Shown piece after piece: positions 29,700 to 46,600 of a DNA stretch of 64,000 nt. Source of the DNA: Eledone cirrhosa (Eukaryota); assembly GCA_964016885.1 (NCBI GenBank), contig OZ024748.1, forward strand, positions 30,070,001 to 30,134,000. Reading direction: 5' to 3'. Below the pieces are notes generated by a model. It worked only from the letters and a program-made list of their open reading frames with translations, was not told the DNA's origin and did not search any database. Positions within the stretch are counted from its first letter, which is position 1; the number at the start of each line of letters is the position of its first letter. The position numbers and the translations under genes were made by a program.

Positions 29700-32600
29700 T
29701 TGATGCACATACATATAGCCTCTTTAGTACACATACATATAGCCTCTTTAGTGCACATACATATAGCCTCTTTAGTACACATACATATACCCTCTTTAGT
29801 ACACATACATATAGCCTCTTTAGTACACATACATATACCCTCTTTAGTACACATACATATAGCCTCTTTAGTACACATACATATACCCTCTTTAGTACAC
29901 ATACATATAGCCTCTTTAGTACACATACATATAGCTTCTTTACTACACATACATATAGCCTCTTTAGTACACATACATATAGCCTCTTTAGTACACACAC
30001 ATATACCTTCTTTAGTACACATACATATAGCCTCTTTAGTACACATACATATAGCTTCTTTGGTACACATACATATAGCCTCTTTAGTACACATACATAT
30101 ACCCTCTTTAGTACACATACATATAGCCTCTTTAGTACACATACATATAGCTTCTTTACTACACATACATATAGCCTCTTTAGTACACATACATATAGCC
30201 TCTTTAGTACACACACATATACCTTCTTTAGTACACATACATATAGCCTCTTTAGTACACATACATATAGCTTCTTTAGTACACATACATATAGCCTCTT
30301 TAGTACACATACATATAGCCTCTTTAGTACACATACATATAGCTTCTTTAGTACACATACATATAGCCTCTTTAGTACACATACATATAGCCTCTTTAGT
30401 ACACACACATATACCTTCTTTAGTACACATACATATAGCCTCTTTAGTACACATACATATAGCCTCTTTAGTACACATACATATAGCCTCTTTAGTACAC
30501 ACACATATACCTTCTTTAGTACACATACATATAGCCTCTTTAGTGCACATACATATAGCCTCTTTAGTGCACATACATATAGCCTCTTTAGTACACATAC
30601 ATATAGCCTCTTTAGTACACATACATATACCCTCTTTAGTACACATACATATAGCCTCTTTAGTACACATACATATACCCTCTTTAGTACACATACATAT
30701 AGCCTCTTTAGTACACATACATATACCCTCTTTAGTACACATACATATAGCCTCTTTAGTACACATACATATAGCCTCTTTAGTACACATACATATAACC
30801 TCTTTAGTACACACACATATAGCCTCTTTAGTACACATACATATAGCTTCTTTAGCACACATACATATAACCTCTTTAGTACACATACATATACCTTCTT
30901 TAGTACACATACATATAGCCTCTTTAGTACACACACATACAGCCTCTTTAGTACACATACATATAGCCTCTTTAGTACACATACATATAGCCTCTTTAGT
31001 ACACATACATATACCCTCTTTAGTACACATACATATAGCCTCTTTAGTAAACATACATATACCCACTTTAGTACACATACATATAGCCTCTTTAGTACAC
31101 ATACATATAGCCTCTTTAGTACACATACATATAGCCTCTTTAGTACACATACATATAGCCTCTTTAGTATACATACATATAGCCTCTTTAGTACACATAC
31201 ATATAGCCTCTTTAGTACACATACATATAGCCTCTTTAGTACACTTACATATAGCCTCTTTAGTACACATACATATAGCCTCTTTAGTACACATACATAT
31301 AGCTCTTTAGTACACATACATATAGCTTCTTTAGTACACATACATATAGCTTCTTTATTACACATACATATAGCTTCTTTAGTACACATACATATACCCT
31401 CTTTAGTACGCATACATATAGCATCTTTAGTACACATACATATAGCTTCTTTAGTACAAATCCATATACCCTCTTTAGTACACACACATATAGCTTCTTT
31501 AGTACACATACATATAGCCTCTTTAGTACACATACATATAGCTTCTTTAGTACACATACATATAACCTCTTTAGTACACATACATATAGCTTCTTTAGTA
31601 CACATACATATAGCCTCTTTAGTACACATACATATAGCCTCTTTGATGCACATACATATAGCCTCTTTAGTACACATACATATAGCCTCTTTAGTGCACA
31701 TACATATAGCCTCTTTAGTACACATACATATACCCTCTTTAGTACACATACATATAGCCTCTTTAGTACACATACATATACCCTCTTTAGTACACATACA
31801 TATAGCCTCTTTAGTACACATACATATACCCTCTTTAGTACACATACATATAGCCTCTTTAGTACACATACATATAGCTTCTTTACTACACATACATATA
31901 GCCTCTTTAGTACACATACATATAGCCTCTTTAGTACACACACATATACCTTCTTTAGTACACATACATATAGCCTCTTTAGTACACATACATATAGCTT
32001 CTTTGGTACACATACATATAGCCTCTTTAGTACACATACATATACCCTCTTTAGTACACATACATATAGCCTCTTTAGTACACATACATATAGCTTCTTT
32101 ACTACACATACATATAGCCTCTTTAGTACACATACATATAGCCTCTTTAGTACACACACATATACCTTCTTTAGTACACATACATATAGCCTCTTTAGTA
32201 CACATACATATAGCTTCTTTAGTACACATACATATAGCCTCTTTAGTACACATACATATAGCCTCTTTAGTACACATACATATAGCTTCTTTAGTACACA
32301 TACATATAGCCTCTTTAGTACACATACATATAGCCTCTTTAGTACACACACATATACCTTCTTTAGTACACATACATATAGCCTCTTTAGTACACATACA
32401 TATAGCCTCTTTAGTACACATACATATAGCCTCTTTAGTACACACACATATACCTTCTTTAGTACACATACATATAGCCTCTTTAGTGCACATACATATA
32501 GCCTCTTTAGTGCACATACATATAGCCTCTTTAGTACACATACATATAGCCTCTTTAGTACACATACATATACCCTCTTTAGTACACATACATATAGCCT

Positions 32601-33500
32601 CTTTAGTACACATACATATACCCTCTTTAGTACACATACATATAGCCTCTTTAGTACACATACATATACCCTCTTTAGTACACATACATATAGCCTCTTT
32701 AGTACACATACATATAGCCTCTTTAGTACACATACATATAACCTCTTTAGTACACACACATATAGCCTCTTTAGTACACATACATATAGCTTCTTTAGCA
32801 CACATACATATAACCTCTTTAGTACACATACATATACCTTCTTTAGTACACATACATATAGCCTCTTTAGTACACACACATACAGCCTCTTTAGTACACA
32901 TACATATAGCCTCTTTAGTACACATACATATAGCCTCTTTAGTACACATACATATACCCTCTTTAGTACACATACATATAGCCTCTTTAGTAAACATACA
33001 TATACCCACTTTAGTACACATACATATAGCCTCTTTAGTACACATACATATAGCCTCTTTAGTACACATACATATAGCCTCTTTAGTACACATACATATA
33101 GCCTCTTTAGTATACATACATATAGCCTCTTTAGTACACATACATATAGCCTCTTTAGTACACATACATATAGCCTCTTTAGTACACTTACATATAGCCT
33201 CTTTAGTACACATACATATAGCCTCTTTAGTACACATACATATAGCTCTTTAGTACACATACATATAGCTTCTTTAGTACACATACATATAGCTTCTTTA
33301 TTACACATACATATAGCTTCTTTAGTACACATACATATACCCTCTTTAGTACGCATACATATAGCATCTTTAGTACACATACATATAGCTTCTTTAGTAC
33401 AAATCCATATACCCTCTTTAGTACACACACATATAGCTTCTTTAGTACACATACATATAGCCTCTTTAGTACACATACATATAGCTTCTTTAGTACACAT
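29700..33500. repeat. Internal tandem duplication of about 1.94 kb (offset 1943 bp), present only in block copy A
   Basis: Identical 536-aa pseudo-ORFs lie at 29700..31310 and 31643..33253. Copy B has only one, shorter counterpart (45336..46730). Confidence 0.85.
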
Positions 33501-36500
33501 ACATATAACCTCTTTAGTACACATACATATAGCTTCTTTAGTACACATACATATAGCTTCTTTAGTACACATACATATAGCCTCTTTAGTACACATACAT
33601 ATAGCCTCTTTAGTACACATACATATAGCCTCTTTAGTACACATACATATAGCTTCTTTAGTACAAATCGATATACCCTCTTTAGTACACACACATATAG
33701 CTTCTTTAGTACACATACATATACCCTCTTTAGTACACATACATATAGCCTCTTTAGTACACATACATATAGCCTCTTTAGTACACATACATATAGCTTC
33801 TTTAGTACAAATCCATATACCCTCTTTAGTACACACACATATAGCTTCTTTAGTACACATACATATACCCTCTTTAGTACACATACACATAGCTTCTTTA
33901 GTACACATACATATACCCTCTTTAGTACAAATCCATATACCCTCTGTAGTACACACACATATAGCTTTAGTACACATACATATAGCTTCTTTAGTACACA
34001 TACATATACCCTCTTTAGTACACATACATATACCCTCTTTAGTACACATACATATAGCCTCTTTAGTACACATACATATAGTCTCTTTAGTACACATACA
34101 TATAGCTTCTTTAGTACACATACATATAGCCCCTTTAGTACACATACATATAGCTTCTTTAGTACACGTACATATAGCCTCTTTAGTACACATACATATA
34201 GCTTCTTTAGTACACATACATATAGCCTCTTTAGTAGACATACATATAGCCTCTTTAGTACACATACATATAGCTTCTTTAGTACACATACATATAGCCT
34301 CTTTAGTACACATACATATAGCCTCTTTAGTACACATACATATAGCTTCTTTAGTACACATACATATAGCTTCTTTAGTACACATACATATAGCCTCTTT
34401 AGTACACACACATATACCTTCTTTAGTACACATACATATAGCCTCTTTAGTACACATACATATAGCCTCTTTGATACACATACATATAGCCTCTTTAGTA
34501 CACATACATATAGCCTCTTTAGTGCACATACATATAGCCTCTTTAGTACACATACATATACCCTCTTTAGTACACATACATATAGCCTCTTTAGTACACA
34601 TACATATACCCTCTTTAGTACACATACATATAGCCTCTTTAGTACACATACATATACCCTCTTTAGTACACATACATATAGCCTCTTTAGTACACATACA
34701 TATAGCTTCTTTACTACACATACATATAGCCTCTTTAGTACACATACATATAGCCTCTTTAGTACACACACATATACCTTCTTTAGTACACATACATATA
34801 GCCTCTTTAGTACACATACATATAGCTTCTTTGGTACACATACATATAGCCTCTTTAGTACACATACATATACCCTCTTTAGTACACATACATATAGCCT
34901 CTTTAGTACACATACATATAGCTTCTTTACTACACATACATATAGCCTCTTTAGTACACATACATATAGACTCTTTAGTACACACACATATACCTTCTTT
35001 AGTACACATACATATAGCCTCTTTAGTACACATACATATAGCTTCTTTAGTACACATACATATAGCCTCTTTAGTACACATACATATAGCCTCTTTAGTA
35101 CACATACATATAGCCTCTTTAGTACACATACATATAGCTTCTTTAGTACACATACATATAGCCTCTTTAGTACACATACATATAGCCTCTTTAGTACACA
35201 CACATATACCTTCTTTAGTACACATACATATAGCCTCTTTAGTACACATACATATAGCCTCTTTAGTACACATACATATAGCCTCTTTAGTACACACACA
35301 TATACCTTCTTTAGTACACATACATATAGCCTCTTTAGTGCACATACATATAGCCTCTTTAGTGCACATACATATAGCCTCTTTAGTACACATACATATA
35401 GCCTCTTTAGTACACATACATATACCCTCTTTAGTACACATACATATAGCCTCTTTAGTACACATACATATACCCTCTTTAGTACACATACATATAGCCT
35501 CTTTAGTACACATACATATACCCTCTTTAGTACACATACATATAGCCTCTTTAGTACACATACATATAGCCTCTTTAGTACACATACATATAACCTCTTT
35601 AGTACACACACATATAGCCTCTTTAGTACACATACATATAGCTTCTTTAGCACACATACATATAACCTCTTTAGTACACATACATATACCTTCTTTAGTA
35701 CACATACATATAGCCTCTTTAGTACACACACATGCAGCCTCTTTAGTACACATACATATAGCCTCTTTAGTACACATACATATAGCCTCTTTAGTACACA
35801 TACATATACCCTCTTTAGTACACATACATATAGCTTCTTTAGTACACATACATATAGCCTCTTTAGTACACATACATATAGCCTCTTTAGTACACACACA
35901 TATAGCCTCTTTAGTACACATACATATAGCCTCTTTAGTACACATACATATACCCTCTTTAGTACACATACATATAGCTTCTTTAGTACACATACATATA
36001 CCCTCTTTAGTACACATACATATAGCCTCTATAGTACACACACATATAGCCTCTTTAGTATACATATATATAGCTTCTTTAGTACACATACATATAGCCT
36101 CTTTAGTACACATACATATAGCCTCTTTAGTACACATACATATACCCTCATTAGTACACATACATATACACTCTTTAGTAAAAATACATATAGCTTCTTT
36201 AGTACACATACATATAGCCTCTATAGTACACACACATATAGCCTCTTTAGTACACATACATATAGCCTCTTTAGTACACATACATATACCCTCTTTAGTA
36301 CACATACATATAGCCTCTTTAGTACACATACATATAGCCTCTTTAGTACACATACATATAGCCTCTTTAGTACACATACATATAGCTTCTTTAGTACACA
36401 TACATATAGCTTCTTTAGTACACATACATATACCCTCTTTAGTACACATACATATAGCCTCTTTAGTACACATACATATACCCTCTTTAGTACACATACA

Positions 36501-39500
36501 TATAGCCTCTTTAGTACACATACATATAGCCTCTTTAGTACACATACATATAGCCTCTTTAGTACACATACATATACCCTCTTTAGTACACATACATATA
36601 CCCTCTTTAGTACACATACATATACCCTCTTTAGTACACATACATATAGCCTCTATAGTACACACACATATAGCCTCTTTAGTATACATATATATAGCTT
36701 CTTTAGTACACATACATATAGCCTCTTTAGTACACATACATATAGCCTCTTTAGTACACATACATATACCCTCTTTAGTACACATACATATACACTCTTT
36801 AGTACACATACATATAGCTTCTTTAGTACACATACATATAGCCTCTATAGTACACACACATATAGCCTATTTAGTATACATATATATAGCTTCTTTAGTA
36901 CACATACATATAGCCTCTTTAGTGCACATACATATAGCCTCTTTAGTACACATACATATAGCCTATTTAGTACACATACATATAGCCTCTTTAGAACACA
37001 TACATATAGCTTCTTTAGTACACATACATATAGCCTCTTTAGTACACATACATATACCCTCTTTAGTACACATACATATACCCTCTTTAGTACACATACA
37101 TATACCCTCTTTAGTACACATACATATAGCCTCTTTAGTACACATACATATACCCTCTTTAGTACACATACATATAGCCTCTTTAGTACACATACATATA
37201 CCCTCTTTAGTACACATACATATACCCTCTTTAGTACACATACATATAGCCTCTTTAGTACACATACATATACCCTCTTTAGTACACATACATATAGCCT
37301 CTTTAGTACACATACATATAGCCTCTTTAGTACACATACATATACCCTCTTTAGTACACATACATATAGCCTCTTTAGTACACATACATATAGCCTCTTT
37401 AGTACACATACATATAGCTTCTTTAGTACACATACATATAGCTTCTTTAGTACACATACATATACCCTCTTTAGTACACATACATATAGCCTCTTTAGTA
37501 TGCATACATATACCCTCTTTAGTACACATACATATAGCCTCTTTAGTACACATACATATAGCCTCTTTAGTACACTTACATATAGCCTCTTTAGTACACA
37601 TACATATAACTTCTTTAGTACACATACATATAGCTTCTCTAGTACACATACATATACCCTCTTTAGTACACATACATATAGCCTCTTTAGTACACATACA
37701 TATAGCTTCTTTAGTACACATACATATAGCCTCTTTAGTACACATACATATAGCTTCTTTAGTACACATACATATACCCTCTTTAGTACACATACATATA
37801 GCCTCTTTAGTATACATACATATAGCCTCTTCAGTACACATACATATACCTTCTTTAGTACACATACATATAGCTTCTTTAGTACACATAAATATACCCT
37901 CTTTAGTACACATACATATAGCCTCTTTAGTACACATACATATACCCTCTTTAGTACACATACATATAGCCTCTTTAGTACACATACATATAGCCTCTTT
38001 AGTACACATACATATAGCTTCTTTAGTACAAATCCATATACCCTCTTTAGTACACACACATATAGCTTCTTTAGTACACATACATATAGCCTCTTTAGTA
38101 CACATACATATAGCTTCTTTAGTACACATACATATAACCTCTTTAGTACACATACATATAGCTTCTTTAGTACACATACATATACCCTCTTTAGTACACA
38201 TACATATAGCCTCTTTAGTACACATACATATAGCCTCTTTAGTACACATACATATAGCCTCTTTAGTACACATACATATAGCTTCTTTAGTACAAATCCA
38301 TATACCCTCTTTAGTACACACACATATAGCTTCTTTAGTACACATACATATACCCTCTTTAGTACACATACATATAGCTTCTTTAGTACACATACATATA
38401 CCCTCTTTAGTACAAATCCATATACCCTCTTTAGTACACACACATATAGCTTTAGTACACATACATATAGCTTCTTTAGTACACATACATATACCCTCTT
38501 TAGTACACATACATATACCCTCTTTAGTACACATACATATACCCTCTTTAGTACACATACATATAGTCTCTTTAGTACACATACATATAGCTTCTTTAGT
38601 ACACATACATATAGCCCCTTTAGTATTCATACATATAGCTTCTTTAGTACACATACATATAGCCTCTTTTGTACACATACATATAGCTTCTTTAGTACAC
38701 ATACATATAGCCTCTTTAGTATACATACATATACCCTCTTTAGTACACATACATATAGCCTCTTTAGTACACATACATATAGCCTCTTAATACACATACA
38801 TATACCCTCTTTAGTACACATAAATATAGCCTCTTTAGTATACATACATATAGCCTCTTTAGTACACATACATATACCTTCTTTAGTACACATACATATA
38901 GCTTCTTTAGTACACATAAATATACCCTCTTTAGTACACATACATGTAGCCTCTTTAGTACACATACATATACCCTCTTTAGTACACATACATATAGCCT
39001 CTTTAGTACACATACATATAGCTTCTTTAGTACATATCCATATACCCTCTTTAGTACACACACATATAGCTTCTTTAGTACATATACATATAGCCTCTTT
39101 AGTACACATACATATAGCTTCTTTAGTACACATACATATAACCTCTTTCGTACACATATATATAGCTTCTTTAGTACACATACATATAGCCTCTTTAGTA
39201 CACATACATATAGCCTCTTTAGTACACATACATATAGCCTCTTTAGTACACATACATATACCCTCTTTAGTACACATACATATAGCCTCTTTAGTACACA
39301 TACATATACCCTCTTTAGTACACCTACATATAGCCTCTTTAGTACACATACATATACCTTCTTTAGTACACATACATATAGCCTCTTTAGTACACATACA
39401 TATACCCTCTTTAGTACACATATATATATACCCTCTTTAGTACACATACATATAGCCTCTTTAGTACAGATACATATAGCCTCTTTAGTACACATACATA

Positions 39501-42500
39501 TAGCCTCTTTAGTACACATACATATAGCCTCTTTAGTACACATACAGATAGCCTCTTTAGTACACATACATATAGCCTCTTTAGTACACATACATATACC
39601 TTCTTTAGTACACATACATATAGCTTCTTTAGTACACATAAATATACCCTCTTTAGTACACATACATATAGCCTCTTTAGTACACATACATATACCTTCT
39701 TTTGTACACATACATATACCTTCTTTAGTACACATACATATACCCTCTTTAGTACACATACATATAGCCTCTTTAGTACACATACATATACCCTCTTTAG
39801 TATACATACATATAGCCTCTTTAGTACACATACATATAGCCTCTTTAGTACACATACATATACCCTCTTTAGTATACATACATATAGCCTCTTTAGTACA
39901 CATACATATACCCTCTTTAGTACACATATATATATCCTCTTTAGTACACATACATATAGCCTCTTTAGTACACATACATATGGCTTCTTTAGTACACATA
40001 CATATAGCTTCTTTAGTACACATACATATAACCTCTTTAGTACACACACATATAGCCTCTTTAGTACACATACATATAGCTTCTTTAGTACACATACATA
40101 TAACCTCTTTAGTACACATACATATAGCTTCTTTAGTACACATACATATAGCTTCTTTAGTACACATACATATAGCCACTTTAGTACACATACATATACC
40201 CTCTTTAGTACACATACATATATCCTCTTTAGTACACATACATATACACTCTTTAGTACACATACTTATACCCTCTTTAGTACACATACATATAGCCTCT
40301 TTCGTACACATACATATACCCTCTTTAGTACACATATATATACCCTCTTTAGTACACATATATATATCCTCTTTAGTACACATACATATAGCTTCTTTAG
40401 TACACATACATATACCCTCTTTAGTACACATACATATAGCCTCTTTAGTATACATACATATACCCTCTTTAGTACACATACATATAGCCTCTTTAGTACA
40501 CTTACATATAGCCTCTTTAGTACACATACATATAGCTTCTTTAGTACACATACATATAGCTTCTTTAGTACACATACATATAGCTTCTTTAGTACACATA
40601 CATATAGCTTCTTTAGTACACATACATATAGCTTCTTTATTACACATACATATAGCTTCTTTAGTACACATACATACACCCTCTTTAGTACACATACATA
40701 TAGCCTCTTTAGTACAGATACATATAGCTTCTTTAGTACACATACATATAGCTTCTTTAGTACACATACATATAGCTTCTTTAGTACAAATCCATATAAC
40801 CTCTTTAGTACACACACATATAGCTTCTTTAGTACACATACATATACCCTCTTTAGTACACATACATATAGCTTCTTTAGTACACATACATATACCCTCT
40901 TTAGTACAAATCCATATACCCTCTTTAGTACACACACATATAGCTTTAGTACACATACATATAGCTTCTTTAGTACACATACATATACCCTCTTTAGTAC
41001 ACATACATATACCCTCTTTAGTACACATACATATAGCCTCTTTAGTACACATACATATAGCCTCTTTAGTACACATACATATAGCTTCTTTAGTACACAT
41101 ACATATAGCCCCTTTAGTACACATACATATAGCTTCTTTAGTACACATACATATAGCCTCTTTAGTATACATACATATACCCTCTTTAGTACACATACAT
41201 ATAGCCTCTTTAGTACACATACATATAGCCTCTTTAGTACACATACATATACCCTCTTTAGTACACATACATATAGCCTCTTTAGTATACATACATATAG
41301 CCTCTTTAGTACACATACATATACCTTCTTTAGTACACGTACATATAGCTTCTTTAGTACACATAAATATACCCTCTTTAGTACACACACATATAGCTTC
41401 TTTAGTACACATAAATATACTCTTTAGTACACATACATGTAGCCTCTTTAGTACACATACATATACCCTCTTTAGTACACATACATACAGCCTCTTTACT
41501 ACACATACATATAGCCTCTTTAGTACACATACATATAGCTTCTTTAGTACAAATCCATATACCCTCTTTAGTACACACACATATAGCTTCTTTAGTACAC
41601 ATACATATACCCTCTTTAGTACACATACATATAGCTTCTTTAGTACACATACAGATACCCTCTTTAGTACAAATCCATATACCCTCTTTAGTACACACAC
41701 ATATAGCTTTAGTACACATACATATACCCTCTTTAGTACACATACATATAGCCTCTTTAGTACACATACATATACCCTCTTTAGTACACACACATATACC
41801 CTCTTTAGTACACATACAAATAGCCTCTTTAGTACACATACATATAACCTCTTTAGTACACATACATATAGCTTCTTTAGTACACATACATATACCCTCT
41901 TTAGTACACATACATATACCCTCTTTAGTACACATACATATACCCTCTTTAGTACACATACATATAGCCTCTTTAGTTCACATACATATAGCCTCTTTAG
42001 TACACATACATATAGCCTCTTTAGTACACATACATATAGCTTCTTTAGTACACATACATATACCCTCTTTAGTACACATACATATACCCTCTTTAGTACA
42101 CATACTTATAGCCTCTTTAGTTCACATACATATAGCTTCTTTAGTACACATACATATAGCTTCTTTAGTACACATACATATACCCTCTTTAGTACACATA
42201 CATATACCCTCTTTAGTACACATACATATACCCTCTTTAGTACACATACATATAGCCTCTTTAGTTCACATACATATAGCTTCTTTAGTACACATACATA
42301 TAGCTTCTTTAGTACACATACATATACCCTCTTTAGTACACATACATATACCCTCTTTAGTACACATACATATAGCCTCTTTAGTACACATACATATACC
42401 CTCTTTAGTACACATACATATAGCCTCTTTAGTACACATACATATACCCTCTTTAGTACACATACATATAGCCTCTTTAGTACAAATACATATAGCCTCT

Positions 42501-43045
42501 TTAGTACACATACATATACCCTCTTTAGTACACATACATATAGCCTCTTTAGTACAAATACATATAGCCTCTTTAGTACACATACATATAGCCTCTTTAG
42601 TACAAATACATATAGCCTCTTTAGTACACATACATATAGTCTCTTTAGTACACATACATATAGCTTCTTTAGTACACATACATATACCCTCTTTAGTACA
42701 CATACATATAGTCTCTTTAGTACACATACATATAGCTTCTTTAGTACACATACATATACCCTCTTTAGAACACATACATATAGCCTCTTTACTACACATA
42801 CATATAGCCTCTTTAGTACACATACATATACCCTCTTTAGTACACATACATATAGCCTCTTTAGTACACATACATATACCCTCTTTAGTACACATACATA
42901 TACACTCTTTAGTACACATACATATAGCTTCTTTAGTACACATACATATAGCCTCTATAGTACACACGCATATAGCCTCTTTAGTACACATACATATAGC
43001 CTCTTCAGTACACATACATATACCCTCTTTAGTACACATACATAT

Positions 43046-43654
43046 GGTGGCTGCCAACTCGTTTTCGAGTACGGCCACTACTTTATATCCATGTAGGAGA
43101 ACCCCTACCGATGCGCTGAACGAGTGTGACTTTTTAGTCTAGCCAGAGACTTGAAAACTCTGGTACAAACACTACACCTGTGACAATTATTGACACATAG
43201 TGCTGGGCCCATGGTACCATGTGACGACAAGTGCAGAGAGATCTCCAGATATAAAGCAATGCCTGTGCCGTGAAGCTTTTATAGTGAGCAAAGGCACTGC
43301 ACAAAGCCAGTCCCACTCTCTTAACCAAGATGATATTTACCAAAAAGAAGAACAAGTCAACATCATTGGATACCATCAGGGTTGCAGGTGTTATATCAGA
43401 GTTTTCCTTCTCCTAGAATTCTGCCTTGACTAAGGCTAAAGGGGTCATCTCTCCCGGTGATTTTGGATGGCCATTGACTCTTAAGAGCTCCTTTGCCCTT
43501 TGACAGGTTTTGTTTTTAGTCCTGCAGGATGTCCAAAGTCACCCTCCTCACCAAGAAACCTTGGTGGGGTTGCCAGTTTAGTCGCCAACGACCCGACCAT
43601 GGGACAGGTTGTACTGGGATACATGTTACCAGTAGCACCAACTGGTGACCTGAC
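43046..43654 (-). mobile_element. 609-bp RTE-like non-autonomous retroposon, copy 2
   Basis: Same sequence as 27410-28018 at offset 15636. I see one substitution (C27751 versus G43387). Confidence 0.7.
43105..43212 (-). pseudogene. C2H2 zinc-finger remnant / 35-aa mini-ORF, copy 2
   Basis: Identical to 27469-27576. Confidence 0.75.
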
Positions 43655-43690
43655 ATATATGTGTGTGTACTAAAGAGGGTATATGGATTT
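43655..43690 (-). repeat. Inverted satellite fragment at the insert junction, copy 2
   Basis: ATATATGTGTGTGTACTAAAGAGGGTATATGGATTT; differs from copy 1 by GA to TG at two adjacent positions. Confidence 0.92.
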
Positions 43691-46600
43691 ACATACATAT
43701 AGCCTCTTTAGTACACATACATATAGCCTCTTTAGTACACATACATATAGCTTCTTTAGTACACATACATATAGTCTCTTTAGTACACATACATATACCC
43801 TCTTTAGTACACATACATATAGCCTCTTTAGAACACATACATATAGCCTCTTTAGTACACATACATATAGCCTCTTTAGTACACATACATATAGCCTCTT
43901 TAGTACACATACATATAGCCTCTTTAGTACACATACATATAGCCTCTTTAGTAAACATACATATACCCACTTTAGTACACATACATATAGCCTCTTTAGT
44001 ACACATACATATAGCCTCTTTAGTACACATACATATAGCCTCTTTAGTACACATACATATAGCCTCTTTAGTATACATACATATAGCCTCTTTAGTACAC
44101 ATACATATAGCCTCTTTAGTACACATACATATAGCCTCTTTAGTACACTTACATATAGCCTCTTTAGTACACATACATATAGCCTCTTTAGTACACATAC
44201 ATATAGCTCTTTAGTACACATACATATAGCTTCTTTAGTACACATACATATAGCTTCTTTATTACACATACATATAGCTTCTTTAGTACACATACATATA
44301 CCCTCTTTAGTACACATACATATAGCATCTTTAGTACACATACATATAGCTTCTTTAGTACAAATCCATATACCCTCTTTAGTACACACACATATAGCTT
44401 CTTTAGTACACATACATATAGCCTCTTTAGTACACATACATATAGCTTCTTTAGTACACATACATATAACCTCTTTAGTACACATACATATAGCTTCTTT
44501 AGTACACATACATATAGCTTCTTTAGTACACATACATATAGCCTCTTTAGTACACATACATATAGCCTCTTTAGTACACATACATATAGCCTCTTTAGTA
44601 CACATACATATAGCTTCTTTAGTACAAATCCATATACCCTCTTTAGTACACACACATATAGCTTCTTTAGTACACATACATATACCCTCTTTAGTACACA
44701 TACATATAGCCTCTTTAGTACACATACATATACCCTCTTAAGTACACATACACATAGCTTCTTTAGTACACATACATATACCCTCTTTAGTACAAATCCA
44801 TATACCCTCTGTAGTACACACACATATAGCTTTAGTACACATACATATAGCTTCTTTAGTACACATACATATACCCTCTTTAGTACACATACATATACCC
44901 TCTTTAGTACACATACATATAGCCTCTTTAGTACACATACATATAGTCTCTTTAGTACACATACATATAGCTTCTTTAGTACACATACATATAGCCCCTT
45001 TAGTACACATACATATAGCTTCTTTAGTACACGTACATATAGCCTCTTTAGTACACATACATATAGCTTCTTTAGTACACATACATATAGCCTCTTTAGT
45101 AGACATACATATAGCCTCTTTAGTACACATACATATAGCTTCTTTAGTACACATACATATAGCCTCTTTAGTACACATACATATAGCCTCTTTAGTACAC
45201 ATACATATAGCTTCTTTAGTACACATACATATAGCTTCTTTAGTACACATACATATAGCCTCTTTAGTACACACACATATACCTTCTTTAGTACACATAC
45301 ATATAGCCTCTTTAGTACACATACATATAGCCTCTTTGATGCACATACATATAGCCTCTTTAGTACACATACATATAGCCTCTTTAGTGCACATACATAT
45401 AGCCTCTTTAGTACACATACATATACCCTCTTTAGTACACATACATATAGCCTCTTTAGTACACATACATATACCCTCTTTAGTACACATACATATAGCC
45501 TCTTTAGTACACATACATATACCCTCTTTAGTACACATACATATAGCCTCTTTAGTACACATACATATAGCTTCTTTACTACACATACATATAGCCTCTT
45601 TAGTACACATACATATAGCCTCTTTAGTACACACACATATACCTTCTTTAGTACACATACATATAGCCTCTTTAGTACACATACATATAGCTTCTTTGGT
45701 ACACATACATATAGCCTCTTTAGTACACATACATATAGCCTCTTTAGTACACATACATATAGCTTCTTTAGTACACATACATATAGCCTCTTTAGTACAC
45801 ATACATATAGCCTCTTTAGTACACACACATATACCTTCTTTAGTACACATACATATAGCCTCTTTAGTACACATACATATAGCCTCTTTAGTACACATAC
45901 ATATAGCCTCTTTAGTACACACACATATACCTTCTTTAGTACACATACATATAGCCTCTTTAGTGCACATACATATAGCCTCTTTAGTGCACATACATAT
46001 AGCCTCTTTAGTACACATACATATAGCCTCTTTAGTACACATACATATACCCTCTTTAGTACACATACATATAGCCTCTTTAGTACACATACATATACCC
46101 TCTTTAGTACACATACATATAGCCTCTTTAGTACACATACATATACCCTCTTTAGTACACATACATATAGCCTCTTTAGTACACATACATATAGCCTCTT
46201 TAGTACACATACATATAACCTCTTTAGTACACACACATATAGCCTCTTTAGTACACATACATATAGCTTCTTTAGCACACATACATATAACCTCTTTAGT
46301 ACACATACATATACCTTCTTTAGTACACATACATATAGCCTCTTTAGTACACACACATACAGCCTCTTTAGTACACATACATATAGCCTCTTTAGTACAC
46401 ATACATATAGCCTCTTTAGTACACATACATATACCCTCTTTAGTACACATACATATAGCCTCTTTAGTAAACATACATATACCCACTTTAGTACACATAC
46501 ATATAGCCTCTTTAGTACACATACATATAGCCTCTTTAGTACACATACATATAGCCTCTTTAGTACACATACATATAGCCTCTTTAGTATACATACATAT

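Noticed and set aside
43046-43690. Second insert as an independent, site-specific insertion
   Set aside because: Identical flanking variants and the same inverted junction fragment show it was copied with the surrounding block.
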